This document shows positions 11,100 to 24,432 of a stretch of DNA of 64,000 nucleotides, piece by piece (position 1 is the first letter of the stretch; each line of letters opens with the position of its first letter). Made by a program: the position numbers and the translations under genes. The notes below the pieces were generated by a model, which saw only the letters and a program-made list of their open reading frames with translations, was not told the origin of the DNA and did no database searches. The stretch is from Octopus sinensis (lineage: Eukaryota), in the NCBI RefSeq assembly GCF_006345805.1, contig NC_042999.1, positions 94,054,001 through 94,118,000 of the forward strand, written 5' to 3'.

Positions 11100-13800
11100 T
11101 AAGAAAGAAGAGCTATAAGTGACACATCATAGAATAGTTTGATATTCTTCTCCTACATTGCTTGATTTAAGCATTAGCAAAGTCCAGTTGTTCCATCTGT
11201 CGAATTTTCCCAGAATATATGTCCTTAGCAGACACGGATGAATGATAATAGTTTATAAACATTTTGTAGCATTTATGCATAATCCACGCGACAGATACCC
11301 TTTTGCAAATACTACGTATTCAGTACAATTTTAGCTACTTCTTTGCGTAACTAGATGACTTTGTGTTTGGTACCAGTATCTAGTATGTTGGAAAGGGTTT
11401 CTCCCTTATTACCCTCATGATCTCGGGATAGCCAGACCCTTATGACTCGAATGTAAGATGGAGATTATGCAGAACACTGTTATACAGAGGCTCACAGCCA
11501 CTGATAGATGTATATATTTACCGGGTTCGGCATATATATTTACCATCATTTTCACGTAATTGGTCCTACAAAACATTTGAACTGCATATCATTTTCCTCA
11601 GTCCATCTGCATGGAGCGTTGAGGTCGTTTTGCTGGTTTAGTATATCATTAATGTATAGGTGGATAGAGTGGCTGCCTGTATGGTTGTGGTCATTCTGAG
11701 TCAGCTACCACAAACAGTAGTGGTTCTAGTAAAGTTCCTCGAGGGACATCTCTGAAAACTGATGTCTTCCCAGAGAGAGGGCACCATTGGCTGAAATTGT
11801 CTGACTTCCGCCTTTTAAATGTCGCATAACCACTCTTCCAGTTTCTCAGCGATACCAAGGTTACACAATTTGTGACATACCATCACATGATCAACTTTTC
11901 AAAATCAAAATATATCACACTCATATTTCAGTACTTGAGCTACTGTTTCAGTACCCAGTCATTATGTTGTAGTAGCTGTGTGAGGCAGCTTCTCACCGGA
12001 TGGAAGCTATGATTTGTGTTTGTGTGCAAGTTATTTTCTTCTAGAAATGGGCTAAACATTCTTGTAACAGTCCTTTCCATTACCCTGCTAGCATGTGAAG
12101 TCAGATAGCCAAACCTGCAAATTTTTAGCGCCTGTTCTGTTTTCTCCTTTATAGGCAGGGCATATTATATATTATGTTAACAGTTGGGGAAGTTTACCAC
12201 ATGCAAGTAAACTGTGAAAATGTATCTGCAGTGGTTTTGCGAGAACTTTATTGCTAGTCTTTAAAGAACAGTCGGAAATCCATCTGGGCTCGTTACTAAC
12301 TTCGATTTTATCTCACCAATGGCTGATATTATACCCGCCTCTTATATTACACCGTTTTCCCAAGTAGACTTGGGGTGTGGAAAAAGCTGATCAGGCTTGC
12401 TTATTTGAGTTTCCCAGTGGAGAGGTGAAGGTTGTTTTAAATTGCTTATTTAGCACTTCCTTTCGTCTACTAGGTTCTGCAGTTAGTGCGTCGTCTTCTT
12501 CAAAGTGGCCGTATCGTGTAGTGCAAAGAGTTAGAGTTTTTGAAAACATGTAGCAGGCTTTAGCATTCATTCTTATATTTTCTACTGGCCTGGTTTCTTT
12601 TTCTTCTTTTTCTTTTTCATGGAAAAATATGAGTTTATTTTCGATTTTTAAGAATGCCATTTTGAGAAAGGATTTCTTGCGAAATCTTTAATCTCCATGT
12701 CAAAATAGCTCTCCTATCTTAAAGAATTGTATGTAATAGTTCCCTTCTCATGGACGAATTTAACGCATATGGCTCGCATTATTGGCATCTATTATTCATA
12801 TTTCGTATCAATGCTTTTTGCTGAATTGTCTGCTTTTCAGTCGACATCCAGTCAGCATTGCAGAGGTCCAGACTTGATATTGTTTAATTGTTATGTGAAG
12901 TACATCTTTAATAAATTTTGGACCAGTTTTGTAATATTTTAGTCTGAGAAGGCTACCGTTGATATATTCACATTGTGGATACGTTTCACATTGTTGGTGA
13001 AGCAGAGGTCTAAAATGTTATTGTTTCTGAATGCTGATAGTATGGATTGCTCCATAAAAAGCAATTCCGAGAAATCAAGAAGAGATTCTGCTTGACTGCG
13101 CATTTTTTTGTCATTCCTGAGATAATGTTGCCTTCTGACCATCTGAAATTAGATAAGTTGAAGTCACCCTTCAGAAATGCGTTAATGCATTGATCTAGAT
13201 TTTTACTACTTATTTTATAATTGTAAGGCTCTCTTCAAATTAACCATCGTAATTTGATGCATCGGGCTGGCAATAAATTTTTTGTGTTACCACATCAGAT
13301 ACTTAAAATGCGTTATGAGTGTGTCACAGACGGAGTTTGAATGCAAAAATTGGTTAAATGTTTTAACGTCTTTGCAGGTGCACAACGCAACTCCACCATG
13401 ACTTATTTCTCTTTTGTCTGAACGGAATACAGCATACAGTGCTTTGTGTGTCTCTGCATCTTTTATGTCTACAGATGAATGTCTCTCCTCAAGTGCAATG
13501 CATTTTTTCATCTGCTGTCACTTCGAAGAAGATATCTGATATTTATCAAATGAATTGGTGTGATGGTCGGCTTTACATCAATTGTAATCATCTTTGATCT
13601 ATTATTTGCGGCGATTTTCTGTGAAGGTGTAAATGGCTTAGTTTTGTTTGCAACCATGCCTGCTGCTGCAGTGCGCACTGAATTTGCATATAACGTTTTA
13701 GTGATTTCTTCATCGCAGATGTTTATTGAGATACGAGTTCATCTGGGTGAAGTTTTATCGTATTTTGCTGAAGTGAAGGGTGAATTTTGCCATGGGATCC
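11100..13800 (-). mobile_element. CR1/L2-like LINE, heavily decayed (APE endonuclease + RT)
   Basis: APE motifs FRSDKREISHGGVAL and NNILDLCFTNN...SD; RT motifs GPDGFP, LTSHASRVMER, RSCLTQLLQH, VIYFDF. Many stops and frameshifts. Confidence 0.85.
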
Positions 13801-15527
13801 TTTTTACCCGAGCTTTGGATGAACACACATACATGCACAGACATATACGCATACATTGTATGCCTCTCTAAGCGTATGTACGTGCTAATAGTTTTCATAC
13901 AGTTATATCAAGGGTGTGTGTAGACCTCAGATAGAGAACGAAAGCCATTTCAATCAGGAATGCTCTTTTGGCATTTGTTCTGCATCGAGATACATATTTA
14001 CAGCTTCTTGGGCGGAGTCACGGCAGCAGAAATACCCTGAATTAATGAATGTTCTAGTAGATAGTAATGAACAATACAAAACAACAGCATCTACTTATTC
14101 ATACTTCATATCGCAGTTTCACGGCAGCAAATCTGAAATCCGATGATGCTGTCAGCTATTTTCTACAAGCAAAATACTTTACAACCATGTGTTGAGTGAA
14201 ATTCACTACAAACTTGGTTATCTAACCTCACATCAAAACAAATATGAATATACACACATGCGCACACACATACACAGTACATATATACATACATACATGT
14301 ATGCATATGTATGTGTGTGCATGTGTGCGCGCGAATGCAGTGATTCATCTATTTTGCCTTTCCTGTGCAGAATTTGAATAATGTAACTATGGCATTGGTG
14401 ACAGACCTTATGTTTAAAAGTAACTCTAAGGTTATTGTTTAACACATACACACACACACACATATATATGTGTATGTTTGTATATATGTGTATACATATG
14501 TGTGTGTGTGTGTATATGTATGTAGGCATGTCTATATGCATATATTCATGTATATATATACCCATATAGATATATACACACACACTCACATATATTTACA
14601 TAGATACAGCACGTATAATACATGTATATAAATAAGTATGGAGCAGGTCTATACATATATTCATATATTCTTTGACATTTTGTAACATAACATATCTGGG
14701 GAGAATCGTAACATTTAATTGATGCTCATTTCCAATAATGTACCCAGACTAGTCTTTCTAGTTGCTGTCGAGAAAACAAATATATTTAACTTGGCAGATT
14801 AAATCCCAGTTCAGTTATATAAATCATCTCTCCGATCGCATCACCGCTTTAAACATTACACACAGGCAAATCATTTTTCTGCTTTGCTAATGTAATATGA
14901 CCGATCAGATTGACGTGAGTTTTTACTGCGATTGGAGACTTTGCTATCACAGAGACTCATATGCAAACACATAGGATGCTTATATTTGTGTGTGTATGTG
15001 TGTGTGTGTGCGCGCGTGTTTGTGCGTGTGTGTACATATTTACGCGTGTATATGGGAGTGTGTCGGTCTGCTTCTACGTGCTTATATGCACATTAACATG
15101 CATACCAATATTTATTTAAAAAGATAACGTTCAGCTAATATAGAGTAAGATATATTTTTAAACAAAAACAAAATACGTTTACGGTTAACTATGTTAATGA
15201 ATGACAATCAGTATTGGCTTTTCGTTTTTCGAAGAAGATTTAGTTATACATATTTTATAATCTCGCCATTGGCACAGTCGTATCGACACTACGAATATAT
15301 ATGGAAATTTGCATACTATTAAACACAACAATGTGTTTATCTGTAATAGTTTGTTTGGTTGTTCAGAAGAAAACTTTGACTTATAGAATAAAATAGTCAT
15401 TATTTAACTAGTCATGTAATTAGAGTGATTTATCTTACATTATTGTTGATAATGGCACAGAGTTAATGCTTCTGCAATGGGGAACCGTGCAGTCTTTCAG
15501 CAAAAGCACACACACACCCTCACAGAT

Positions 15528-15574
<47 letters not shown>

Positions 15575-15636
15575 TATGCACACTAAGAAATATATATAAG
15601 TGTTTGGTGTTGTTGCTTATACATGTACATACATAT

Positions 15637-15696
<60 letters not shown>

Positions 15697-15699
15697 ATA

Positions 15700-15855
15700 T
15701 ATATATACATTACTTATATTACGTAGAATTGACGGATGTTTATCCTCATCTTGTTTGTTAACACAACGTTTCGGCTGATATACCCTCCAGTCTTCATCAG
15801 GTGTCTTGGGGAAATTTCGACCCTGGGTTCTCATTTCTAAGGTATTTTTCGGCGT
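15700..15855 (-). mobile_element. Short hammerhead-bearing repeat (Penelope pseudo-LTR-like), copy 1
   Basis: About 85% similar by eye to 19975-20117 in opposite orientation. 5' end abuts (AAT)n on its own strand. Confidence 0.8.
15760..15805 (-). ncRNA. Minimal type I hammerhead ribozyme motif
   Basis: GACAC-CTGATGA-A-GACTG-gagggtatat-CAGCC-GAAAC-GTT-GTGTT: stem I GACAC/GTGTT, canonical CUGAUGA and GAAA cores, stem II with one mismatch, palindromic AACGTT stem III. Confidence 0.75.
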
Positions 15856-15863
15856 TGTTGTTG

Positions 15864-15904
<41 letters not shown>

Positions 15905-15907
15905 GTA

Positions 15908-15973
<66 letters not shown>

Positions 15974-16018
15974 GTTGTTGTTGTTTTCATTATTATTATT
16001 ATTATTATTATTATTAGG
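15845..16018. repeat. (GTT)n/(ATT)n microsatellite
   Basis: Directly visible. Confidence 0.95.
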
Positions 16019-16064
16019 AAGTAGGTGGTTACTTCCTTAATTTTTTTATCATGTGTTTAATTGT

Positions 16065-16520
16065 TGTGTTACAATAAAAGGCATGTTTACATATTCTATT
16101 ATTCAGGGAAGAAGGAAAGATGAAATGTTCATACAAAATTGGAGATATTAAAGTTCCTAAATATTTTGAGATGTTCGTTTGTATGTCCGTTCAGAGAAGA
16201 CTGGGGTGTTTTTTGCAATAAAAAAGGAAGTTTACATTTTCGAATATTCAGGGAAAAAAGAACAGAAAGAAACTGAAGGAAAATCTTTTCAAAGAAAATT
16301 GTAGATATTAAAGATTTAAAATTTACTGGAGATGATTTTTTTTGTCTGTCCGAATAGAAAAAACTGTAGTGTTCTTACAATAAAGGGGATGTTTACATTT
16401 TCTAATACTCAGGTGGAAAGGAAAGGTTAGGTATTCACAGAAGTTGTAGATATTAAAGGTTTTAAAGCTGAGCGTTTATGTGTTTGAAAGCTGTAGATAT
16501 GCAAGTTCCTTAACTTATTT
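16065..16520 (+). repeat. Degenerate tandem repeat, about 3 units of 144-162 bp
   Basis: Anchor caataaa.gg..gtttacat.ttc at 16071, 16215 and 16377; tg[g/t]agatattaaag recurs in each unit. Confidence 0.7.
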
Positions 16521-16599
16521 TGAGGGAAATTCAAAGTACTCACAGGAAACTGTTGATATTTCATTATTTTAGATTTATTTTTCAATTGTTTTGCTGGAT

Positions 16600-16880
16600 T
16601 GTATTAGTGTCTCTGCGTCTTCAGCTCCTGACAGGTCAGAGCAGCGAAAAACACGACCAGCCGCTATCACGTCCAGCCATTATCATGGGTTTTTTCTACC
16701 AGTAATTACAAATAGAGCAGGTTGAATTGTTTCTTTTCAATGCTGAAGTAGCGCTCTCAGTGGTTCTGGTAGCAGTAAACACATTTAAACTCTTCTGACC
16801 AAAAAGGTGCGAAGATTCTTTTGTCTCTATGGCCGACCTCCCCATCATCAGCCATGATCTATTCACAAAGCTGCTACTCA
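16600..16880 (-). mobile_element. Possible N-terminal zinc-finger remnant of an R2-superfamily retrotransposon
   Basis: MADDGEVGHRDKRIFAPFWSEEFKCVYCYQNH*... and later VFRCS. CxxC-type motifs only, with stops. Confidence 0.25.
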
Positions 16881-17079
16881 ACTATTTCCATCAACAACCA
16901 CATATTAATGATTATCTTAATTACAAGACATATGTTGATAATAAAGAACATTTAGCAATGTCTTTTAATAATAAATTGAAATAGTAATAATGATAATAAA
17001 AATGGGAGTGGTGGTAATGGTGATAATGATAAAAATAAAAATAATGTGCTGCAGCTGCTAATAATAAAATTACTACAAT

Positions 17080-19683
17080 TATGATAGTACAGAAATATGA
17101 GGCCCAACTTCCACCCTTACCAATACACCACCCCTGCGACTGTTGCCTCAGGAATATGAGGCCCAGATACCACCCTTACCACTATCCCTACTGTTACTAT
17201 CACCATGCTTCTACTACACCTAAAAGGAGTAATATCAGTGGTATCAGTCATGATAATAATAATTATGGACTGATTAATGATATATCAAGTGATGGTGTCA
17301 CAATAAAAACACTGGTAATTGTGCAACCTGATAATCACTACCTCATATGAGTGACAATGAATAAACAAAATATTGTGAATAGCAGTGGTAATGAAACTGA
17401 AGCCAATGATGATGACAGTGGTGCACTCGGCAGGCTCAGAGATTCTGGTCCGGCTCCAGCCTGTCGAAATCCAGAAAGGGACCACCACACAAGGCGTAGA
17501 TGGAGCAAGCAAATTAATGCTGTGGTCATGGAGTGTTATTACCTGAGCAGCCCGTTAGATGAAAATGGTGCTCGAATTAGGTGTTACCGACAACATATGT
17601 ACGATCATTGAAGAGAAAACGGATTATTTCAACTCACGGAACAGAAACTATGTGATCAAGCTGGAGCAATAAGAAAAAATCGTTGGTTCACAGAAGTAGA
17701 ACTTGAAACTATCAAAAGACGTGTCTTGGAAAATAGCAGCAGAAATAACGAAGAAAATACAGGTTTTACTAATAAGAGAAATCTCATAGCACGGGAAAGG
17801 AGCAGTGGTAGTTTACTTGACGAGAGACATATAGATAATCTAATAGAAGACAATAAAACTAATGGCAATATGACAGATGAGCAAAAGGCAATCTACGACA
17901 GAAAAAATGCAAGATTATAGCGATATTATTTGCAACCTTTAAAATGTTGATCGATGGAAATTGAACCAAGAAACGAAACATGTCAATGGAATTCTGAAAT
18001 ACATCAGAACAAACAACATCACAGAAACAAATAATTTCATCAAGGCAGCAAGTATTGTTCTAGCAGAAAACGTGGGTGTTGATATCAAGAAAAAGAAACA
18101 TAATGGGAGTGACAAAAAAAGAATCCATGGTCAAAAAGAAGAATCCAAGCAGGATTAGACATGTTCTCGAAGATAATCTCTATGTTAGACCGACAAAGTG
18201 GAGCTTAAAAGCGAACAAAAATACAGAGCACTGAAAAGAGGTATACTATTGATAGAAACTTGGCTGAAAGTAGTAGTTGTGGGACTGAAACAGAGCCTTG
18301 TTGTAAAGAAAGCAAAGATGGTCAGATACGACCAAAGAATGAAGGGTTACCACTAGAATAGGCTATTTATAGTAGATCAGAAGAGATTCTTTAAAGAAAT
18401 AAATGGAGAGTGTACAGATGAAAAGTTGATACCAGATAACAATGAAAGTCAAAGGTTTTGGAGTGACATCTGGAACAAACACAAAGAGCACAAAAATGAT
18501 GCTGAATGGAGAGCAAGGACTGAAACAAACAGTAGTCTATCCTAAACAGGCAGAACAAGTCATTTCAGTTCGGGAAGTGAAGAAAATCAGCAAGGAAAAT
18601 GAGCAACTGGAAGGCCCCGGGATCAAATGGAGTTCAAGGCTACAGTTCAAGTGACACAGACAAATTTTATGTACTAAGTAAATTAGGGGGAATAGGACTT
18701 CTTGGATGCGAACATAGCATTAGAGCAGAAGAAAACAACATAGCATGGTATGTAAAAGAATGCCACAGAACTGCTATTATTTGAAGATGGTCGGGCTTCT
18801 GTAGGATGAAAGATTGCAAAGATAGAGTACTGTACAAGAAACTGAAAACGAATGAAACTGAAAATAGGTAGAAAGGAATGCATTGTCAATTTCATAGGAT
18901 GTTGAAGACAGAGAAAAACATGGCTGTGCATGACTAAAAAGGATTTAAAACCGGAAACGGAGACTCTAAAGTCTGCTGCCCAAGAGCAAGTACTAAGAAC
19001 AAACTACATAAAATACAGAATAGACAACATATCAGAAAGTGATAAGCACCGTTCCTGTAGACAAAATGGTGAAATCGTATGGCATATTACAAGCCAATGT
19101 ACGCAAATAGCCCAGAAGGAATATGAGGCGCCACGACAATATAGCTTGTCGATTGGACACTTTGCAACAAGTACGGACTTGACAAAGCAAAAAATTGGTA
19201 CGGCCACAACCGCAAAGGCATCTTCGAAAATAGAAATGCAAACATCCTATGGGATTTTTTGATTGAGTGCGACCATGAGATAGAGAATAGGAAGCCAGAC
19301 ATAGTCTTAATTGAGAAAGAAAACAAACTATACTGGATCATAGATATAGCATGCCCAGCTGACAACAATGTAAGCGATAAGGTAGAAAAAAAGTCGAGAG
19401 ATATGACCGGTTTAGCTTGGGAAGTTATGCAGTTGTGGTCTACTAAAAAGGTGGCAGTAGTACGAATAATTGCCGGAGCCCTGAGAACAGTGAGCAAAAA
19501 TCTTGAGAAGTACGTGGAGCAAATTGGGGTTGCAATAATGGTGGAACACTTGCAGAAAACAACAGTGCTTCGAACAGCTCGAATACTCCAGAAGGTGCTT
19601 GAAAAATAAGAGGTGCCACCTTAGTTCACTGGTAGTGAACAGCTGACACCGTAGTATTTCTCCAGCGTTAGAAGCTGTGCAAA
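17080..19683 (+). mobile_element. R4/Dong-type non-LTR retrotransposon, near full span but lacking the RT core
   Basis: N-terminal RRWSKQINAVVMECYY...EQKLCDQAGAIRKNRW; FWSDIW; NWKAPG..GVQGY fused to DTDKFYV..GGIGL; AAQEQVLRTNY; CCHC-like HITSQC; RLE RKPDIVLIEK...IIDIACPAD...TARILQKVLEK*; short 3' UTR running into (GAT)(AAT)n. Confidence 0.9.
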
Positions 19684-19974
<291 letters not shown>

Positions 19975-19975
<1 letters not shown>

Positions 19976-20117
19976 CATCGAAAAATACCTTAGGAATGAG
20001 AACCCAGGTTCGGAATTTCCCCAAGATACCTGATGATAGCTGGAGGGTTTATCAGCCGAAACTTTGCGTTAATAACAAGATGAGGACAAATATCTGTCAA
20101 ATGTAAATAATGTAAAT
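19975..20117 (+). mobile_element. Short hammerhead-bearing repeat, copy 2
   Basis: gaaaaataccttaggaatgagaacccaggttcggaatttccccaagatacCTGATGAtagctggagggtttatcagccGAAActttgcgtt; homolog of 15700-15855. Confidence 0.8.
20022..20070 (+). ncRNA. Degenerate hammerhead ribozyme motif
   Basis: CTGATGA 20030-20036, stem II GCTG/CAGC, GAAA 20058-20061. Stem III mutated (ACTT instead of ACGT) and stem I weakened. Confidence 0.55.
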
Positions 20118-22799
20118 TAGTCGTATCTGTTTATCACTAAAATGGATGTCGAAGTTGACATTTAAGTTAATTATTTATAGTAAAAATATTGCTTTATTTA
20201 TATATAACTGAAGAGTACTTAGTTGTGACCTACGATTTTTACTAATAGACATGACTATTTTTATATACCTGATGTACATGATTCTTTGCTATGTGCTTGT
20301 GTGTGTGTGTATATATATATGTGTGTGTGTGCTACTGTGTGCGTGTGTGTGTTGTGCGTGCATGCGCGCGCGTGGTTGCGTGTCTATGTGTGTGTTGTGT
20401 GGTGTGTGTGTGTGTGTGTGGTGTGTGTGTGTTTTGTATGTGTTTGTTGGTTGCCAGCGTGCACAACACATGCAGGAATATATTTAAATGGGATAATTGT
20501 GGTTCACACATTAGTTATAATTATATACTTAAGAAGAAGATACATATATATCGTTTCATTCAGTATATCATATAAACCGAATTATTTATTCGGTAATTTT
20601 TGTCTTATCGTATATAAGTTGTTACGCATATTTGTTGCTAAACACATACACATTTGGCAATAAGGTTAAATTCCCATGAACAATAGAATTAACATAATTC
20701 AATTAAGTTTCTAAATTTAGGGAAATATGCTATGTATAAATTTGGGGAACCAGCACTAAAATGCCAGGCAATTTAGAATTGTACATTGAGAGAATTATAC
20801 AGAATCTGTGTTTGACATTGCATGGTAATCTATTTTCATTTTTTATTAGCCGTGTCATAACTTGCTGCGTATTTTGTGCAGTATCTGCGTGCTATATTTT
20901 CTATGCAAAATATTTCCTGCACATCTCCCAGGCCCCATGCGTAAATACAACTTCAATCGATGCTTTCGGAGAGTAACTCCTTTGTTATTAACGTCTAACC
21001 AATTACCAATAGATTTCAATAATATTATCCGTGCACACTTGATTTAATAATTCGCACCTGCCTCCTAGCTCTTTTCATTGTAAATCGTCACGAGAGTAGC
21101 AATGATTTCAGTATAGACCATATTTTTTTAAGAATGTTTACTTGGGAAGGCAGTTTCTGTATATTTTTTTTTCCGTTTTCTTATTTTCAGTTATTTGTAC
21201 AAATTGTTTCTGTTTGGTATTATTTCTAGAAAGCATTCGCAAACAATAGTTAAATTTGTGAGATACGACAGCCTGTTTAATCGATAATGTTGCTCCAGTG
21301 AACTTAGTATAGTAATGGGAATACATTATGCATTGTATTATATGTGACAACATGGAATAAAACATTTTTTTATGGAAATCTGAATGAAAATCCTTCCGTA
21401 ATATGAAAGCAAAATTTATTTATGAGGAAAAAATATAGGCCAAATCAAAGTTTATATAATTACTAAATATTGACGAGAAAGTTCAAGGAGCAACTGCATT
21501 CATTTATTTATAAAATATGATTGAACGTCGATAAATACTTTTCGTTTAAGGTGCGGATAGTGAAGGCAATTGAATAAGTTTTAAATAAATACATTGTACT
21601 GAGAACATTTTAGTATTCAAGGCCAGGGGATGCAGCAATCTCTAGGTGCTTAAAATGTTTTCTTCGGAGTCATGTATTCCCAAATTTGATCCTGTTGTAT
21701 GAATAATATCTACGGCAAATGATATCATATTTCCTATCCGAACTAAGCTTTGGTAATTTAAGGTAGTATGAAATACACTTCATTTGAAATTAGCAGTATA
21801 TCGAACAATGGATCGATATACTGATTTCAAATTATTACATTTGTTATTTTTCGACGTGTACTTTAACCACTGTCTCCCATTTAATGTCGGTGTGAGATAA
21901 AATTTATGCTGAAATATGAACAAACTGTAAGAATATCTTCGGTTAAACAAAATTCATGACTGTCTGTCAATTAGTGGTTCGAATATTTTGAAGTCCATAA
22001 TACATTTAATTATATTATACTACAGGCAGTTACCTCTACAAATATCAAACTCATCTATCTTATTTTAATCACATTCCAATTCAGAGTAAGATCAATAATT
22101 TCATACTCAGTACTGGTTTAAAATCAAATAAAACAGTGTAGCATATAATAGGTCCTTACTCCTACTGACCTCATAGAAATGGATGGCAAAATCAAGCGTT
22201 CTTTAGATTTGAACGTAAGACACTGTAATAAATTTAGTAGAGTGATCTTCCACACAAGGGATACTACATCAATTTGAAATACTCTACCTGAAAATGTAAT
22301 TCTGGAAACTGGAGAGGCACTTCCAGGTTGATTAATTCATATTGTAAGGTTGTGAGAAAGACGTGTGTCAGAGAAAGCATGATAAATCTTATTGCAATTT
22401 CGGGATTAAAATGATCGTGAAAAATTTTATTGGTTAATGTTAACAGCCGCAATAAAATTGATTGCCCTTATACAAATTCAAATAGTAACTGTAAAAGGTT
22501 AAATGCAATGCACTGTGCATATACACACATTGACATACGTATATATCAATGTGTGCGTTGATATGCATGTGTGCTTGTGTGAATGTGTGCTGTGATGTTT
22601 TATTCTAAAGTGTATTGATTTCTACCAACTAGGTACTAGTATCGGTATATATAAACGAAATCAAAAAGTAAAAATCTATCGAAATATGTGCATACATACA
22701 GACATGCACACGCAAACACATACCCACACCCGCATATGCAAACACGTAAACTCACTCACAAACATACACATGAGGGCTGTAGAATAACACTGGACTTGT

Positions 22800-22930
22800 G
22801 TAGCTGGAAAGTTAGAATGGTATCTTAAATAAAATGCTTTGCGGTATTTAATTACTATCCTTTACATTTCTAATTTATAATCTTGTCTAAGTCGACTTTC
22901 ATTGTTTTTCCCCCGGTGTCGACGCAGGCA
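22800..22930 (+). mobile_element. SINE family 2 remnant, very diverged
   Basis: aaaatgctttgcggtattt...ttacatttctaa...gtcgactttc...ggtgtcgac. Confidence 0.4.
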
Positions 22931-24242
22931 AGATTGAGTTCGATTTAATTATATATTAACTCGCCAATAATGTAAAATCTAATGATTATTCTAGAAATTA
23001 TTTTAGAATCTTTCTTCAAATTCTGTTGATTTTTCAATTTCAATTTCTACCACAAGTCGGCCACATAAGTATAAATCACAAAAATGAATCCATTACAAAT
23101 TACAACTAAATCATCTTAAATATGTGACCATTGTAGAATTTTGAAAACTATCAAGTGTCGATAGACATTTTTTATCTTTGTAGAATCTTCTGTTCTTTGT
23201 AATACTATAATAGCTTGGGTTTATCAGCGCATAAGTTAATCAGATGAAACAGCTTTATGTATTTATGAAATTTCACAAGGAACACCAGGAATATTTTTAC
23301 AAATCTCCGATTGAATATGCATAATTTTTTATAGAGAAAATCCTATAAATTAAACACGCTCACATCGATGTTGGTGCTTCATTTTCTGTAAAAGATGGCT
23401 GATCCCCCTTATGTTATAGAGCAGTTACTGTCTATATCTCGCTCAGAGATTCATTATTATTTAGAATTGTTTTTTAGATAAGATATAGTTATCAGAATCA
23501 TGCAACATGTGTCAAACATGGATAGATTTCCAATGCAATGTACTTCAGATTGTGAAAAAACATTTGTTGTTCTCACATACCTTTCTAAAGCTAGGGCGAT
23601 TGAATTACCTTATGTTGCTTTAACAATAGAGCTACTTTATTTCAGAACATTATTGTGTTTAGGCTATAGATAAAAGTAGGTGAAAGAGAAAACGGAATTA
23701 AGAATGCGAAATAAATGGATAGAGGAATGCATACAATCTACATGGGGAGCTCATTTTCTAATTTCGGGACATCTGCTGATCTTTCCTGCGGGATATGTGT
23801 TCACATCATTATCGTAATGTTACATTTAGTGTAACATGATGTTGCAAAGAGATACAAATTTTACTTGTGGTTGAGGGTATAAATTTAGTCTCCTTAAATA
23901 CTGCGACTTGTGAATGTAGACACTAATATATGAAAAAAGAAGTAATTTCTAAAAAAATAATTGGCATACGTTGATTCCGTTAACTGTAGTCATTTTAAGG
24001 TAACAGTGCTACAATATACAATTAGAAGACTTCAATCGTGTACAGCAAAAGTTTGAAGTGTAAAATTGATGTAGGGCAAAACATATTTCGTATTAAGTTT
24101 TAAAATAATTGTATCTATATAAAATATGCCTAATTATAATCTATATTTATATTCATATATTAATAAGTGTATATGCTGATGTTTACAGATATACAAATTA
24201 TATATAATGCACACATATCAAAACATATATAAATATATATAT

Positions 24243-24286
<44 letters not shown>

Positions 24287-24307
24287 CATACATACATACA
24301 TACATGC

Positions 24308-24367
<60 letters not shown>

Positions 24368-24384
24368 CATACATACATACATGC

Positions 24385-24432
<48 letters not shown>

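Noticed and set aside
22170-22287. 118-nt minus-strand open segment between ttttcag and GTCAGT
   Set aside because: Peptide unrecognisable; such AG-open-GT segments are expected by chance in 64 kb.
22510-22575. Pre-miRNA-sized hairpin around CACACATTGA/TCAATGTGTG
   Set aside because: Built mostly from opposed CA/TG microsatellite remnants; no known mature miRNA.
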